Shown here: positions 63,502 to 64,000 of the stretch, piece by piece
Position numbering within the stretch: the stretch's first letter is position 1
Layout: the number at the start of each line of letters is the position of its first letter
Assembly: GCA_017882855.1 (NCBI GenBank)
Contig: JADGOR010000001.1
Location: 11,901-75,900 of the forward strand
DNA from: Cellulomonas sp.
GTDB lineage: Bacteria; Actinomycetota; Actinomycetes; Actinomycetales; Cellulomonadaceae
Length of the DNA: 64,000 bases
Direction: 5' to 3'
Made by a program: the position numbers and the translations under genes
Notes under the pieces: model-generated
The model's database searches: none
Seen by the model: the letters and a program-made list of their open reading frames with translations, nothing else
Told to the model about the DNA's origin: nothing

Positions 63502-64000
63502 CTAAGCCGAGGCGGCCGCCGCGGCATCGATGAGCCACAGCGTCTCCTCGGTACCTGTGGCGTGACCGGCCGGCGCGCTCGAGACCGACAGGCCGGCGAG
63601 GGCGGCGTGCACGGCGATCGACTTCTCCGAACCGGCCGCGACGATCCAGACCTCTCGCGCAGCGCGGATCGCCGGAAACGTGAGGCTGACCCGTTCGGGC
63701 GGCGGCTTGGGCGAGTCGAGGACGCCGACGACGGTGCGACCGACGACGTCGAGGGCGGCATGGCCCGGGAAGAGCGAGGCGACGTGTCCGTCCGGGCCCA
63801 TGCCGAGGAGCAGCACGTCGAACCGGGGCACAACTGCGCCGCCCGAGGCGTGCGCGGACAGAACCTGTGCGTACGCGGCGGCCGCGTCGTCGGGCGCGGC
63901 GACGCGGCCGCCCTTGGCCGGGACCGGGTGGATGTTCTCGGGCGGGATGGGCAGCTCGTCGATGAGTGCTGCGCGCGCTTGCGTCTCGTTCCGGTCCGGG
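63502..64000 (-). CDS. pgl: 6-phosphogluconolactonase (3' portion; the gene continues past the right edge)
   Basis: The motif FDVLLLGMGPDGHVASLFPG is present. The frame stays open upstream of the listed M (...IDELPIPPENIHPVPA...) all the way to the window end. Confidence 0.85.
   Translation of the reverse strand, partial: PDRNETQARAALIDELPIPPENIHPVPAKGGRVAAPDDAAAAYAQVLSAHASGGAVVPRFDVLLLGMGPDGHVASLFPGHAALDVVGRTVVGVLDSPKPPPERVSLTFPAIRAAREVWIVAAGSEKSIAVHAALAGLSVSSAPAGHATGTEETLWLIDAAAAASA

Overview
The window is a very GC-rich stretch of actinobacterial chromosome (GC content judged by eye, not computed). It is densely packed with housekeeping genes, almost all on the + strand.

Gene order:
- Pup-proteasome cluster (arc-dop-pup-prcB-prcA-pafA) and an FKBP lipoprotein.
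- hisF, an asymmetric ABC exporter pair, then hisI-trpE.
- Five small membrane-protein genes, then trpC-trpB-trpA-lgt.
- gltBD, pyk, a CDF transporter, a PIG-L-like protein and fadD.
- An accessory patch of about 6.7 kb (about 32.1-38.8 kb) anchored on a tRNA plus a tyrosine integrase.
- pdtaR, a GNAT, a thioesterase, polA, a methyltransferase, pfkA, rpsA, coaE and uvrB.
- TerC with a candidate Mn2+ riboswitch, then uvrA, uvrC, rapZ-yvcK-whiA, gap-pgk-tpiA-secG, rbpA and the 3' part of pgl.

I found no rRNA gene and no CRISPR array.

The most interesting material is the decayed integrative element. It carries an integrase, an IS256 relic, a relaxase N-terminal relic, yefM-yoeB, two orphan ORFs and a GH10 xylanase. 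Its anchor tRNA folds by hand as a 74-nt class-I tRNA with a Leu (CAA) anticodon, which is anomalous.

Other observations:
- DNA-damage promoter motifs at uvrB and uvrA.
- A recurring leaderless-promoter geometry (TANNNT 6-7 nt before the start codon).
- A large gap-pgk intercistronic hairpin.
- Small tandem duplications at two gene ends.

Many long ORFs in the track are antisense shadows typical of high-GC DNA and were rejected. All homology calls come from motif recognition by eye. No database search was run.
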